From the NCBI GenBank assembly GCA_964601325.1, contig CAZRNA010000006.1:1-54140 (forward strand): a DNA stretch of 54,140 nt, read 5' to 3'. Under the pieces are notes generated by a model. It did no database searches. It had not been told where the DNA came from and was given only the letters and a program-made list of their open reading frames with translations. This DNA comes from an uncultured Candidatus Bathyarchaeia archaeon. Lineage in GTDB: Archaea; Thermoproteota; Bathyarchaeia; 40CM-2-53-6. Positions 18,142-27,634 of the stretch are shown here, piece after piece. Made by a program: the position numbers and the translations under genes. How positions within the stretch are numbered: position 1 is the stretch's first letter; the number at the start of each line of letters is the position of its first letter.

Positions 18142-18723
18142 TCAGGCTTTCAGTTCTGTCGTGTCTTTCCCTTCTTTGCTCCGAATCCTGGCGACATCAG
18201 CTAGGGTGACTTCCTTCGTCGCGCTAGGTGCAAGCTTCGGGACCGGAGGCTCACTTGTGAGCACCATCAGCTTGATTCGCAGGACATGTTCAAGTTCTTT
18301 TACCAATCGCATGTTAGGAATCATCTTGCCAAGCTCTATCTTCCGGATGACTGACAGGTGTTCCTTCACTTTCATCGCCAAGTCTTCTTGGCTCAGTCCA
18401 TGCTTTGTTCTCGCCTTCTGTATGATCTGTGGATAATTGTCTGCAATGTCGAGTTCCTGAACCTCTCTTGGGGCTCGCCTGTCCGCTGGCTTGGACGGAA
18501 CGGGACGAGGGACAAAGACGGGCATAGGCCTCGGCCCAAGAATTGGAGCGGTCAGAGGGATTGGCTTCGGTTCCTGGTATGGCGTCCCCAAGCTCGCGCA
18601 TGCACTACACGTCGTCATCTTTGCGCCTTCGACGACGATACGATTTGGTCTGCCTTGGATCTGGCGCCCGCAAATGTCACAGTTCAAAATGCGCCCCGAC
18701 CGCGCAACATGAGCCATGTCCAC
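18142..18723 (-). CDS. archaeal multiprotein bridging factor 1 (zinc ribbon plus XRE-type HTH)
   Basis: The N-terminal CDICG..x..CSACA zinc ribbon and the C-terminal HTH IIQKARTKHGLSQEDLAMKVKEHLSVIRKIELGK give the aMBF1 architecture. Confidence 0.8.
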   Translation of the reverse strand: MDMAHVARSGRILNCDICGRQIQGRPNRIVVEGAKMTTCSACASLGTPYQEPKPIPLTAPILGPRPMPVFVPRPVPSKPADRRAPREVQELDIADNYPQIIQKARTKHGLSQEDLAMKVKEHLSVIRKIELGKMIPNMRLVKELEHVLRIKLMVLTSEPPVPKLAPSATKEVTLADVARIRSKEGKDTTELKA

Positions 18724-18764
18724 GCTTAAATGGTTTGACTGTTCTACTCGAAGCGTGTCATTTG

Positions 18765-19256
18765 ATGCAGAAGGCGACTTGGCGGGATCTCAGGAAACTC
18801 AGAGGCATCGCGAACTATCAGTTTGGAAGCCATCTGGGTAACGTCTTCTTCAAGCAGCCAATAGAGCTCACAAGATCAGGAAAGACCAACAAGATACGTT
18901 TGATCTTTCGCGACGGCAAGCTCATCTCAACCTTGCGAGCGAGAGATGGTTTTCTGGCTCTCACGCCTGACGGGGCCAAGATCATTCTAGCGTCGATGAA
19001 GAAGCCGCCTCGCGTTGTCGTCGTCCGTGGCGATGTGGCGGAATTCATCAGAGCCGGGAGAAACGTCTTCGCCAAGCATGTTGTGAGCGCGGATTCTTCA
19101 ATCAGACCTCAAGATGAGGTCATAGTGATCGGTGAGAAGCGGCAACTCCTAGCCGTAGGGCGAGCTGTCCTAGCTGGGTGGGAGATGACCCAGTTCAAGA
19201 GAGGAATAGCCGTGAAGACTAGACGAGGCGTCGAGACAGACGAACAGACGCAATAG
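18765..19256 (+). CDS. PUA-domain RNA-binding protein (ArcTGT C2+PUA-like)
   Basis: The start was moved to the ATG at 18765, because the upstream part of the ORF overlaps mbf1. ANYQFG....F......L..S.KT.KIR.I...G.L..TLRA.DG is pre-PUA-like, and the C-terminal V.V......I..G.NVFAKHV......IRP.DEV.V is a PUA domain. Confidence 0.7.
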   Translation: MQKATWRDLRKLRGIANYQFGSHLGNVFFKQPIELTRSGKTNKIRLIFRDGKLISTLRARDGFLALTPDGAKIILASMKKPPRVVVVRGDVAEFIRAGRNVFAKHVVSADSSIRPQDEVIVIGEKRQLLAVGRAVLAGWEMTQFKRGIAVKTRRGVETDEQTQ

Positions 19257-19304
19257 ACTTATCCTATCATTCATGATGACCAGCTCTCATCGGTTGACCC
19301 GACG

Positions 19305-19694
19305 ATGGCATACAAGGCGTACAAAGCTGCGAAGGGCGCGCCTCAAGGCAGAGACGCGAAACGAATGATGCAGAAAATGGGCATGAAAATCGACGAGATC
19401 GATGGAGTCACTGAGGTGCTGATACGCACCGCCACTCGCGAGATCATCATCGAAGAACCGGTTGTCACGTCAGTTGTCGTTCAGGGACAGAGAATGTATC
19501 AGATCACGGGCGGATCTGCACATGAAAGGGTGCCATCAGCCGAAGCGGCACAGCCCGAGGTTCCGGAGGAAGATGTGAACCTGGTGGCCACGCAAACCGG
19601 AAAGACTGTGGACGAAGCTAAGGCTGCACTGAAAGAATCCGGCGGAGACCTCGCAGAGGCAATCCTCAGGCTGAAGCAGAAGAATCAAGCCTAA
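19305..19694 (+). CDS. nac: nascent polypeptide-associated complex protein (NAC domain plus UBA)
   Basis: The NAC beta-barrel segment KMGMKIDEIDGVTEVLIRTATREIIIEEPVVT is followed by a C-terminal UBA, EEDVNLVATQTGKTVDEAKAALKESGGDLAEAILRL. Confidence 0.85.
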   Translation: MAYKAYKAAKGAPQGRDAKRMMQKMGMKIDEIDGVTEVLIRTATREIIIEEPVVTSVVVQGQRMYQITGGSAHERVPSAEAAQPEVPEEDVNLVATQTGKTVDEAKAALKESGGDLAEAILRLKQKNQA

Positions 19695-19746
19695 GCATAA
19701 TGTCTCAGGATCAAGGAAACAGCATCCGTTTCGCGAAGCCGAGCTG

Positions 19747-20994
19747 ATGATGATAATGGATAGCACACGATACCTCATTGTCGGAGGAGGACTGGCGGGC
19801 GGATCCGCCGTCGAGGCGATCCGAGCACGAGACCAAGAAGGACACATCGTGCTCGTCTCAGACGAGAAGCATCTTCCCTACGATCGTGTCGGACTCTCGA
19901 AAGGGTACTTGATGGGGAAACTCCGCCAAGAGAGCCTGTTCCTCCAGGACGCCGAGTTCTACCAGCAGCAGCACGTGGAGCATTTGCTTGGCCGACGCGT
20001 GCAGCAACTGAATACAGATGCACGGACGGCACTCCTGGACGATAGCCAAGAACTGGAGTATGAACGTCTTCTGCTGGCGACCGGAGGACGCGCACGTCGT
20101 CCCTCGATACCAGGTAGCGATCTATCTGGGATCTACTGCCTACGAACGATCGAAGATTCCGACGCAATCCGCACGGCTATGTCATCTGCCCGCCGCGCAG
20201 TGGTGATGGGCGGCGGCTTCATCGGATGCGAGATCGCCGCAGCGTGCAAGCAGCAAGGACTCGACACGACAATAGTTGAGATCCTCCCCTCGCTCCTGAG
20301 TTTACCACTTGACCCGGAGACAGCGCAATGGGTCACGAAGTACTTCATTGAGCAAGGCGTTCACGTTCTCACGAACGAGACGGCGGCTCGCTTCGTCGGA
20401 TCCAACGGTCGAGTCGCAGGAATCGAGACCAAGACTGGGAAGACGATTCCAGCTGATTTCGTGGCAGTAGGAATCGGCATCACACCAAATGTCGAACTGG
20501 CAAAGGAAGCCGGGCTTCCAGTTAACAACGGAATCGTCGTCAATGAACAACTTCGAGTCGATGACACGAGCATCTACGCCGCAGGTGACATCGCATCCTT
20601 CTACAGCCCAGTCTTCGCTAGACATCTACGAGTGGAACACTACGATGTCGCCGCCAAACATGGCGAAGTAGCAGGAGCTAACATGGCCGGAGCACAGGAG
20701 AGATACACCGAGTTGCCGCACTTCTTCTCATCCATGTTCAAGCTACGGATCGAAGTCTGGGGAGACGCGACGCAGCGAGACACGGTGATTCGACGTGGTC
20801 CACTCGAGCTTTCTGACAAGGGCGGATTTGCACAGTTCTACCTCAGCCAAGAACGCGTGCAGGCATATCTCTCTGTTAACCGCTCCTACAAGGAAGTAGA
20901 GTCAGCAAAGAACCTGATTCTAGGCCGGCACCCTGTCAAACAGACCTTGCTTCTTGGCAACGAGTCAGTAGACCTCAACAACATGGTCAGATAG
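19747..20994 (+). CDS. FAD-dependent pyridine nucleotide-disulfide oxidoreductase (ferredoxin/rubredoxin reductase-like)
   Basis: The first Rossmann motif is YLIVGGGLAGGSA and the second is AVVMGGGFIGCEIAA. It also has IYAAGD and the Reductase_C-like tail. Confidence 0.8.
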   Translation: MMIMDSTRYLIVGGGLAGGSAVEAIRARDQEGHIVLVSDEKHLPYDRVGLSKGYLMGKLRQESLFLQDAEFYQQQHVEHLLGRRVQQLNTDARTALLDDSQELEYERLLLATGGRARRPSIPGSDLSGIYCLRTIEDSDAIRTAMSSARRAVVMGGGFIGCEIAAACKQQGLDTTIVEILPSLLSLPLDPETAQWVTKYFIEQGVHVLTNETAARFVGSNGRVAGIETKTGKTIPADFVAVGIGITPNVELAKEAGLPVNNGIVVNEQLRVDDTSIYAAGDIASFYSPVFARHLRVEHYDVAAKHGEVAGANMAGAQERYTELPHFFSSMFKLRIEVWGDATQRDTVIRRGPLELSDKGGFAQFYLSQERVQAYLSVNRSYKEVESAKNLILGRHPVKQTLLLGNESVDLNNMVR

Positions 20995-21036
20995 AGCCCG
21001 CAATAGCAATCGGATTCTGGTCCAGGGAGAGATGCA

Positions 21037-22221
21037 TCAGCGAACAACTGCTTCTAACGCATGCTTGAGATCCTCGATTACGTCCTCAGTTGCCTCTATC
21101 CCAACTGACATGCGTACGAGTCCGTCTGTGATTCCGAGCGCGTGCCGGTCTTCTGGTGACATTCCCGAGTGGGATGTCTTGGCTGGCAAAGTAAGCAAGG
21201 TTTCAACACCTCCGAGGCTGGGAGCTATTATTGGTAGCGTCGTCCTCTTGATGAACTCCTCAGCTGTCGCGGCGCCTCCTCTAAGCTCGAAGCTCAGCAT
21301 GCCTCCGAAACCATCGAGGAGCTCGCGTACCCTCTCGTGCTGTGGATGTGTGTCGAGCCCCGGATAATTCACCTTTTCAATAGCCTGATGATCATGCAAG
21401 AACTTTGCGATTCTTAGTGCGCTTTCATTCTGATATCTGACTCGAACTGCGAGCGTTTTCATTCCTCTATGTAGGAGAAAGCATGCGTGAGGGTCGAGTG
21501 ACCCGCCCAAATGATCTAGCCTGTTCTTCACTCTGTCCACCAGCTCTGCGCGTCCGATAACTGCGCCAGCAACGATGTCGGAGTGACCGTTCAGATACTT
21601 TGTGCAACTATGGAGTGATAGGTCGAAGCCCCATTCCGGGGGCCGGAAGTTGATTGGGCTCGCGAAAGTGTTGTCTATCATCGTTACCAATCCGTGAGCC
21701 TTTCCGAATTCGACAATGGACTTGTGGTCCGCGACCTGCATCGTCGGATTCGTTATCGTCTCAACGTAGATCGCTTTGGTGTTCGGTCTCAACTTCGTCT
21801 TCCATGACTCTGGATCATCTGCGTCAATGAAATCATAAGATATGCCGAACGTGCGAAGATCTTTCGTGACAAAATCATGGGTTCCCCCGTACAAGCAATC
21901 TTGGACAAGCAGGTGGTCACCTGAAGAGAGAACTGACAATAGTGTCGTTGAGATAGCTGCCATCCCGCTCGCTGCCACCAAGGCAGCTTCAGCATTTTCA
22001 AGTGCTGCAAGCTTTTCATGAAGAGCCGCATGATTTGGCGTATTGTTCAAGCGAATGTACTTGAGATCGTGGTAACTAGTCTCGCCAGCGTACTCGAACA
22101 TGGCCGATTGGAAAACCGGCATACTGACAGCGCCCATTATACGCGGTTCAGGTTCCCCCGCGTGAATGAGTTTAGTCTCGATATGTTTGAAGTTCTTCGG
22201 CAACCGATTTCTACTCCTCAA
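21037..22221 (-). CDS. PLP-dependent Cys/Met-metabolism enzyme (cystathionine gamma-synthase / methionine gamma-lyase family)
   Basis: TKLIHAG... at the N-terminus, DNTFASP, and the PLP-lysine motif SCTKYLNGHSD. 394 aa. Confidence 0.85.
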   Translation of the reverse strand: MRSRNRLPKNFKHIETKLIHAGEPEPRIMGAVSMPVFQSAMFEYAGETSYHDLKYIRLNNTPNHAALHEKLAALENAEAALVAASGMAAISTTLLSVLSSGDHLLVQDCLYGGTHDFVTKDLRTFGISYDFIDADDPESWKTKLRPNTKAIYVETITNPTMQVADHKSIVEFGKAHGLVTMIDNTFASPINFRPPEWGFDLSLHSCTKYLNGHSDIVAGAVIGRAELVDRVKNRLDHLGGSLDPHACFLLHRGMKTLAVRVRYQNESALRIAKFLHDHQAIEKVNYPGLDTHPQHERVRELLDGFGGMLSFELRGGAATAEEFIKRTTLPIIAPSLGGVETLLTLPAKTSHSGMSPEDRHALGITDGLVRMSVGIEATEDVIEDLKHALEAVVR

Positions 22222-22368
22222 GGCTATCAGAACCTGCTAAAGACCTAATGGTCTTTTCGATCGTACACAAATGGTGCTGGAGAACGGAGCCCACGAAATG
22301 CACTGGTCAACCAGAGCCTCAACGACAAACATCTTTCATGAGGTCACATACAGTGCTTACCGAATTTC

Positions 22369-23253
22369 TCAATGCCTTCGCGTTCTCTTTGAGAATGCTG
22401 TCAACAGCGCCGCGACGACAATCAAGAGGCCGCCGGCGATCTGATATGCGTTGAGGGATTCGGCGAATAGTATCGATGCAGCGACTATGGCTGTAGCTGG
22501 CTCAATTGAGCTAAGAATGGAAGCTCGCGACGGCCCGATCAGTCTCACTCCCTGAAAGAACGTCGTTATCGCAACAATAGTGCTCACAACAGAGATCAGC
22601 AGAACCCATATCCAAGCTTGAAAGTTCCATGAAATACTGATGCCGCCAGTAAGTGAATCGGATAGAACAAAACTCAGCGCGGCTGCACCCATCACGTAGA
22701 AGGATGCCACGTCGCCGCTGACATTTCTCAAAACCCTGGTGCTGACGAGAATGTACATCGTGTATGTGATTGAAGCTCCGAGCGCCAACAAGGCACCAAC
22801 AAGTACGATATGCCCTGTTGGGTTGGCCACTAGGCCCAGACCAACTAGTGCCAGCGAGAGGCAGACGGCGAGGGAGACGGACATCTTCTCCCAGCCAAGC
22901 ACCAAGGAACCGGCCGTCACGAAGGGAGGGTACGTGTAGAGGATCAACGAAACAATTGAAACCGGAACGTAGAGCAGCGAGTTGAAATAAAGGGTCGACT
23001 GGGCGAAGTATCCAATTCCGCCCAAGGCCAGCAAGATCAGCAGCTGATTCCTATCTGGAACCGCAAGTCTGCCAGTTGCTAGAAGAAACGCCCCCATCGC
23101 AAGGAACGCCAGAATGAACCGAACCAAGAGCAGCTCCCGCACGTTGACGTGGTTTTCGTAGGCGAGACGGGCGAAGATTGGCATCAGTCCGAAGGAGACC
23201 GCTGAACTCAAGACGAGAACGTTGCCACGCCAATGCTGCTTCGTGGAGGTCAT
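22369..23253 (-). CDS. DMT-superfamily (EamA) transporter
   Basis: A ten-TM-like hydrophobic profile in two halves (EamA repeats). The start was moved to the ATG at 23253 (MTSTKQHWRGNV..). Confidence 0.7.
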   Translation of the reverse strand: MTSTKQHWRGNVLVLSSAVSFGLMPIFARLAYENHVNVRELLLVRFILAFLAMGAFLLATGRLAVPDRNQLLILLALGGIGYFAQSTLYFNSLLYVPVSIVSLILYTYPPFVTAGSLVLGWEKMSVSLAVCLSLALVGLGLVANPTGHIVLVGALLALGASITYTMYILVSTRVLRNVSGDVASFYVMGAAALSFVLSDSLTGGISISWNFQAWIWVLLISVVSTIVAITTFFQGVRLIGPSRASILSSIEPATAIVAASILFAESLNAYQIAGGLLIVVAALLTAFSKRTRRH

Positions 23254-23404
23254 CCCGAATGCAGGTTTCCGATTTGATACGGACGTTGTGGGCGACTCCC
23301 TTTCATGTATCTCCTGATCTGCGTCTAAACCCGTACACACACAACGCAACCGCTGCGCTGATGATGGTTCAAATCACAAAGAAACCTGACGACCAATAAA
23401 CTTC

Positions 23405-23941
23405 CTATTCATGCCACGCCATTGAAGATGCCTCAATGGCATATTGTGAGGCGTGAGCCACCGTGCCTCGATCCACGAAGATTCCTGAGACGACGACACG
23501 GCAGGGAAAGGAAAAAGAACAGATCGAAAGAGGAACCTCATAATCTGTCCCGTTGTAGATGAAGGAAATGTACGAGTCAATTGTTGATGGCGCAGCAACT
23601 ACTGCAATGCATGGATTGGCTGCAAAGTATAGGTTCCTAGGATCTCCTTCGCAGAGACTGTAGTCGTCTCCGAAATGAGGTGCACTGTACTTGACAAGGT
23701 ATCCGACACTGGTCACTTTCTGACCAATATAGGCGGATGGACGCTCGTGTAGTTGTCTCACTGACACCTCACGCCGATATAGCCGACCGGGCCCCAAGAC
23801 GAAGAAAATCGAAGCGCCCATGAAAACCAGTATTAGCATTACCGCGAGAAGGCGAATCCTGACGGTGGTCCTGTTCCCACTATTCTCGCTTACCACGGCG
23901 CGATCGGTCATTACACCACTCTTCCCCGGCACATCAGACAC
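23405..23941 (-). CDS. hypothetical membrane-anchored protein (single N-terminal TM, Cys-containing beta-rich ectodomain)
   Basis: 178 aa. The TM helix LLAVMLILVFMGASIFFVL is followed by a domain that begins like an OB-fold (..YIGQKVTSVGYLVKY..). Confidence 0.4.
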   Translation of the reverse strand: MSDVPGKSGVMTDRAVVSENSGNRTTVRIRLLAVMLILVFMGASIFFVLGPGRLYRREVSVRQLHERPSAYIGQKVTSVGYLVKYSAPHFGDDYSLCEGDPRNLYFAANPCIAVVAAPSTIDSYISFIYNGTDYEVPLSICSFSFPCRVVVSGIFVDRGTVAHASQYAIEASSMAWHE

Positions 23942-24005
23942 TCGAGAGGCTTCTACTTGGACCTGGATTTATTAGCTGAAGTGGTAGCACTCTGACTTCA
24001 ATCTG

Positions 24006-24425
24006 TTGATTCAATTGGAAACTAAGACAATAGTTATCTCAGGAATTGTCGCGGGAATCGTTATTCTGGCACTCTCAATGGTAGTCAGTACTGCTACACA
24101 ATTACTGTTCGACTACAATGTCTTAGCCCTCGCGGGCATGCGCTCAGTCAACGATCCTGTAAGCATGCTATTCTTCGTGTATCCGTTCGTTGTCGGGCTG
24201 GCAATGGCAATACTCTACGATTTCACCAAGAAGAGCTTCACAGGAACTGCAATACGAAAAGGGATCGTATTGGGACTGCTTGGATGGATTGTTTACGGCA
24301 TTCCATCAGCATTCATAGTATTCAGCAGCATGGACTATCCGATAGGTTTCACGGTGAATTCCGTGATTGGATCACTGATCTACATGCTCGGTGCGGGGAC
24401 CACCATCACAAGGCTCTCGAAGTAG
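24006..24425 (+). CDS. hypothetical integral membrane protein (about 4 TM)
   Basis: 139 aa with four hydrophobic helices. It is divergent from the previous gene. I recognise no family. Confidence 0.4.
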   Translation: MIQLETKTIVISGIVAGIVILALSMVVSTATQLLFDYNVLALAGMRSVNDPVSMLFFVYPFVVGLAMAILYDFTKKSFTGTAIRKGIVLGLLGWIVYGIPSAFIVFSSMDYPIGFTVNSVIGSLIYMLGAGTTITRLSK

Positions 24426-24553
24426 CATCGTATTCGAAAACTGACGGCTCTAATCACGATGTCTGCACCATTAGACGCATGAGGGGCACGCACTTCTTTG
24501 TCTGCGGGTGACATGTTTGGTGCATTGTTACGAAGGGCGGATCGTAATCTCCC

Positions 24554-25522
24554 TTGATGTTGCGCTGTCAGGACTGTGGCACTGAGACCCCTGAAGAATT
24601 GGCATTTTGCCTGAAGTGTCGCAGGAGACTCCATCCAAGAAGCAGGTATGATCTTACTCTTGATGACTACGCCTACCCGCCGGACCGAGACGCAATCGAG
24701 ATGATCAAAGCCACAGGAGTCCTACCCTATCTTGTGAAGAATCTTGCGGTTGGAAAACTCGAGAAGGATCTGTTGGCAAAGCTTTCGCGTGAGGCACGCA
24801 CAGTCGAATATCCGGACCCTCTGGATGCCCTAGTCCGCCACTGTGCCGTCTTGTTGAGTGTTGATTTCCTACCAGAGATCTTCGTGGTCAACGGCGAGCC
24901 GCCAAACGCCTTCACATTCGGGACCGAACAGCGCCCCTATGTGGCCGTCAACTCTGGCGCCCTGAAGCATTTGGGACCGCGTGAGCTGACCGCAGTTCTA
25001 GGACATGAGCTGGGTCACGTGAAGAGCGGCCACATGCTCTCTCATACAGTCGCGGAGATACTCGGCGGCGGAATCGGATTCTCCGCCTCATTGCTGGGAG
25101 TCAGTATCGTTTCGGTCCCTGTTCGCCTTGCGCTCCTATCTTGGCATAGAGAGTCTGAGGTGACAGCCGACCGGAGTAGTTTGCTGGTTGTGAGAGACAT
25201 CGCCGTCGTCAAGTCCTTCATTACCAAGCTAGCAGCGTGGTCATCTCGTGGAATGTCATCATTGAATCCGCTTGATATTGAGAATGATAAGGTTGACACG
25301 CTTGAATCCGTCTCAGAGTTGTTCCGCACACATCCACTGTATTCCCGCCGATTCAAGCTCTCAAGAGGGTTTTTCGAAAGCGTGCAATTCCACCAAGCAA
25401 GTCTGAAGATCGAGGCGAGATTAGGCTATCTCAGGGCTCTGATTCCTGTCTGCCGTTTCTGTGGAGCAAGAAAGCCTGTGGAAGAAATGTTCTGTCCATC
25501 ATGCGGCAAATGTCAAACGTAG
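24554..25522 (+). CDS. M48-family zinc metallopeptidase flanked by N- and C-terminal zinc ribbons
   Basis: HEXXH motif in VLGHELGHVKSGH with a downstream E. The N-terminal ribbon is CQDCG..x..CLKC and the C-terminal ribbon is CRFCG..x..CPSCGKC. Confidence 0.75.
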   Translation: MMLRCQDCGTETPEELAFCLKCRRRLHPRSRYDLTLDDYAYPPDRDAIEMIKATGVLPYLVKNLAVGKLEKDLLAKLSREARTVEYPDPLDALVRHCAVLLSVDFLPEIFVVNGEPPNAFTFGTEQRPYVAVNSGALKHLGPRELTAVLGHELGHVKSGHMLSHTVAEILGGGIGFSASLLGVSIVSVPVRLALLSWHRESEVTADRSSLLVVRDIAVVKSFITKLAAWSSRGMSSLNPLDIENDKVDTLESVSELFRTHPLYSRRFKLSRGFFESVQFHQASLKIEARLGYLRALIPVCRFCGARKPVEEMFCPSCGKCQT

Positions 25523-25589
25523 ACGTATCCTCTCTGATTGGTGGTGAGCTCCCTCTCTCTTATTGAGAGAGTCATGCAAGAAAAGACGG

Positions 25590-26234
25590 CTAAGCCGCGC
25601 TGACCTGCTTCTGCATTCGGCTCTTTATTCTCTTCAGTCTGAAGAAGTCTTCGCGTTCGCGTTCTTCCAGATGCATCTGGATATATCTGATCGAGTGAAG
25701 AACCCGTGGAATGATCACGTAATCGAGGGAGTTGACGCGCCTCTTGGTTGAGGCTATGGCTTGGGCGAGTTTTCGTGTTGATGCCTCTGCGCCCGACAAT
25801 TCCGTCATCGCCTTCACTGCTTCTGTCATCTTCATCGTGGCCTCATCGAGCTTTGCTGATGTAGCTAACAGATTGTATGGCGCAGTTCGAGTCGGCGTGA
25901 CTTTGACTTGCACTTGTGGCAAGGTGACGCCAATCACATTTCTCGTTTTCGTGTTCAGCTCGAAACGATCTTCCACCCCGACTGCGAACTGTTCGAGTCT
26001 CGCCAAGCCGTGCACCATCTCTGCTTCCACGAAGAGGTTGTAAGCTTCTCGAAGGAGCGCGTGGGAGCGTTCTCGGAGCTCCGCTATCTGGCGCACATTC
26101 TCGAACAATTCAATCATCAACGCGTCCAGTTTCTCTCTGAGTAGGTCTCTTCCGCGCTCTGCAATGTCTCGCCTCTTTCTTAGGGCGAGCAGTTCCATTC
26201 TTGTCGGGTGAATGCCCGATATAATTTCTGACAT
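25590..26234 (-). CDS. atpD: A-type (A1Ao) ATP synthase subunit D
   Basis: 214 aa with a coiled-coil sequence. The N-terminal HPTRMELLALRKRRDIAERGRDLLREK is typical of V/A-type subunit D. The start overlaps the atpB stop. Confidence 0.85.
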   Translation of the reverse strand: MSEIISGIHPTRMELLALRKRRDIAERGRDLLREKLDALMIELFENVRQIAELRERSHALLREAYNLFVEAEMVHGLARLEQFAVGVEDRFELNTKTRNVIGVTLPQVQVKVTPTRTAPYNLLATSAKLDEATMKMTEAVKAMTELSGAEASTRKLAQAIASTKRRVNSLDYVIIPRVLHSIRYIQMHLEEREREDFFRLKRIKSRMQKQVSAA

Positions 26235-27634
26235 TATGCGGTGCCCTTGTCCCTATGAGCAGGATGATACTTCGCGATGGTTGATGGATCAATACGCTTG
26301 AGTTCGACTTCAGGTACCATGGACAGGAGATCCCAGCCGAGGTCAAGTGTCTGTTCGATGTCTCTGTTCTCGTACTCGCCTTGGCTGATGAATCGTCTCT
26401 CGAAAGCGTCGGCGAAATTCAGGTACAGCTTGTCTCTTGTTGAGAGTGCTTCTTCTCCGATCACGGCGACGAGGTCTCGGAATGCTCGTCCTTCCGCGTA
26501 CGAGTAGTACAACTGGTCGGAGACTTCTCTGTGGTCCTCGCGTGTGCGGTCCTTTCCTATTCCTTCCCTCATGAGACGTGAGAGCGAGGGGGATACATCG
26601 ATCGGAGGATAGATGCCGCGCCTGTGAAGGCCTCTGTCAACGATCAGTTGCCCCTCCGTTATGTAGCCAGTCAGGTCGGCGATTGGGTGAGTGATGTCAT
26701 CGTGCGGCATGGTCAGGATTGGCATCTGCGTGATCGAGCCCTTGCCCGTATGCGTCCTTCCAGCCCGTTCATAGATTGTGGACAGGTCAGTGTACATGTA
26801 ACCAGGATAGCCGCGTCTTCCAGGCACTTCCTCACGAGCCGCTGAAATCTCGCGAAGTGCTTCCGCATAGTTCGTCATGTCAGTCAGTATGACAAGTACA
26901 TGCATGCCGAGCTTGAACGCGAAGAATTCGGCCGCGGTAAGTGCAACTCGTGGTGTGAGAATTCTCTCTATCGCGGGGTCGTCGGCCAAGTTCACGAACA
27001 TCGTCACATGCTCGAACGCGCCTTGCTTCTCGAAGTCTTCTCGGAAGAACCGGGCCTCGTCGGCTGTGATGCCGATAGCGGCGAACACCGTCGTGAAAGT
27101 CTCGCCTGTGCCTCGAACTCGAGCTTGTCTGGCCACCTGCGCGGCTACCGCGTTGTGTGGAAGCCCCGCCCCGGAGAAGAATGGCAGCTTCTGTCCTCTG
27201 ACGAGCGTGTTCATTCCATCTATGGCGGAAACTCCGGTTTGGATGAACTCTCTTGGATAGGTTCTCGCGCATGGGTTGATCGGTGCGCCGTGAACATCCC
27301 AGTAATCCTCGGCAATGATATTTGGGCCACCGTCGATTGGCGTCCCGCTGCCGTCGAGCACTCTTCCAAGCATGTCGGATGATACCGGGAGTTTGATTGT
27401 TTCCCCCGTGAATCTGACTGCGGTTCCTTTCACATCCAGGCCCGATGTGCCTTCGAAGACCTGAACCACCGCCATCTTGTCGCTTACTTCTAGGATCTGT
27501 CCTCTACGCTCCACACCGTCCGGAGCGATGACTCTGACGAGCTCGTTGTAACCGACATCTTTCACGGCCTCCACGAACAGCAATGGCCCAGAGATTCGCG
27601 AAATCGTCCTGTACTCTCTCAGAACCAGGCTCAT
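26234..27634 (-). CDS. atpB: A-type ATP synthase subunit B
   Basis: 466 aa and highly conserved: [15 protein letters not shown].., [29 protein letters not shown]. Confidence 0.95.
   Translation of the reverse strand: MSLVLREYRTISRISGPLLFVEAVKDVGYNELVRVIAPDGVERRGQILEVSDKMAVVQVFEGTSGLDVKGTAVRFTGETIKLPVSSDMLGRVLDGSGTPIDGGPNIIAEDYWDVHGAPINPCARTYPREFIQTGVSAIDGMNTLVRGQKLPFFSGAGLPHNAVAAQVARQARVRGTGETFTTVFAAIGITADEARFFREDFEKQGAFEHVTMFVNLADDPAIERILTPRVALTAAEFFAFKLGMHVLVILTDMTNYAEALREISAAREEVPGRRGYPGYMYTDLSTIYERAGRTHTGKGSITQMPILTMPHDDITHPIADLTGYITEGQLIVDRGLHRRGIYPPIDVSPSLSRLMREGIGKDRTREDHREVSDQLYYSYAEGRAFRDLVAVIGEEALSTRDKLYLNFADAFERRFISQGEYENRDIEQTLDLGWDLLSMVPEVELKRIDPSTIAKYHPAHRDKGTA

Noticed and set aside
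26877-27382. Three long ORFs (127, 130 and 160 aa) overlapping atpB in other frames or on the other strand.
   Set aside because: They lie entirely inside a highly conserved atpB coding region and have Arg/Ser-rich shadow-ORF composition.
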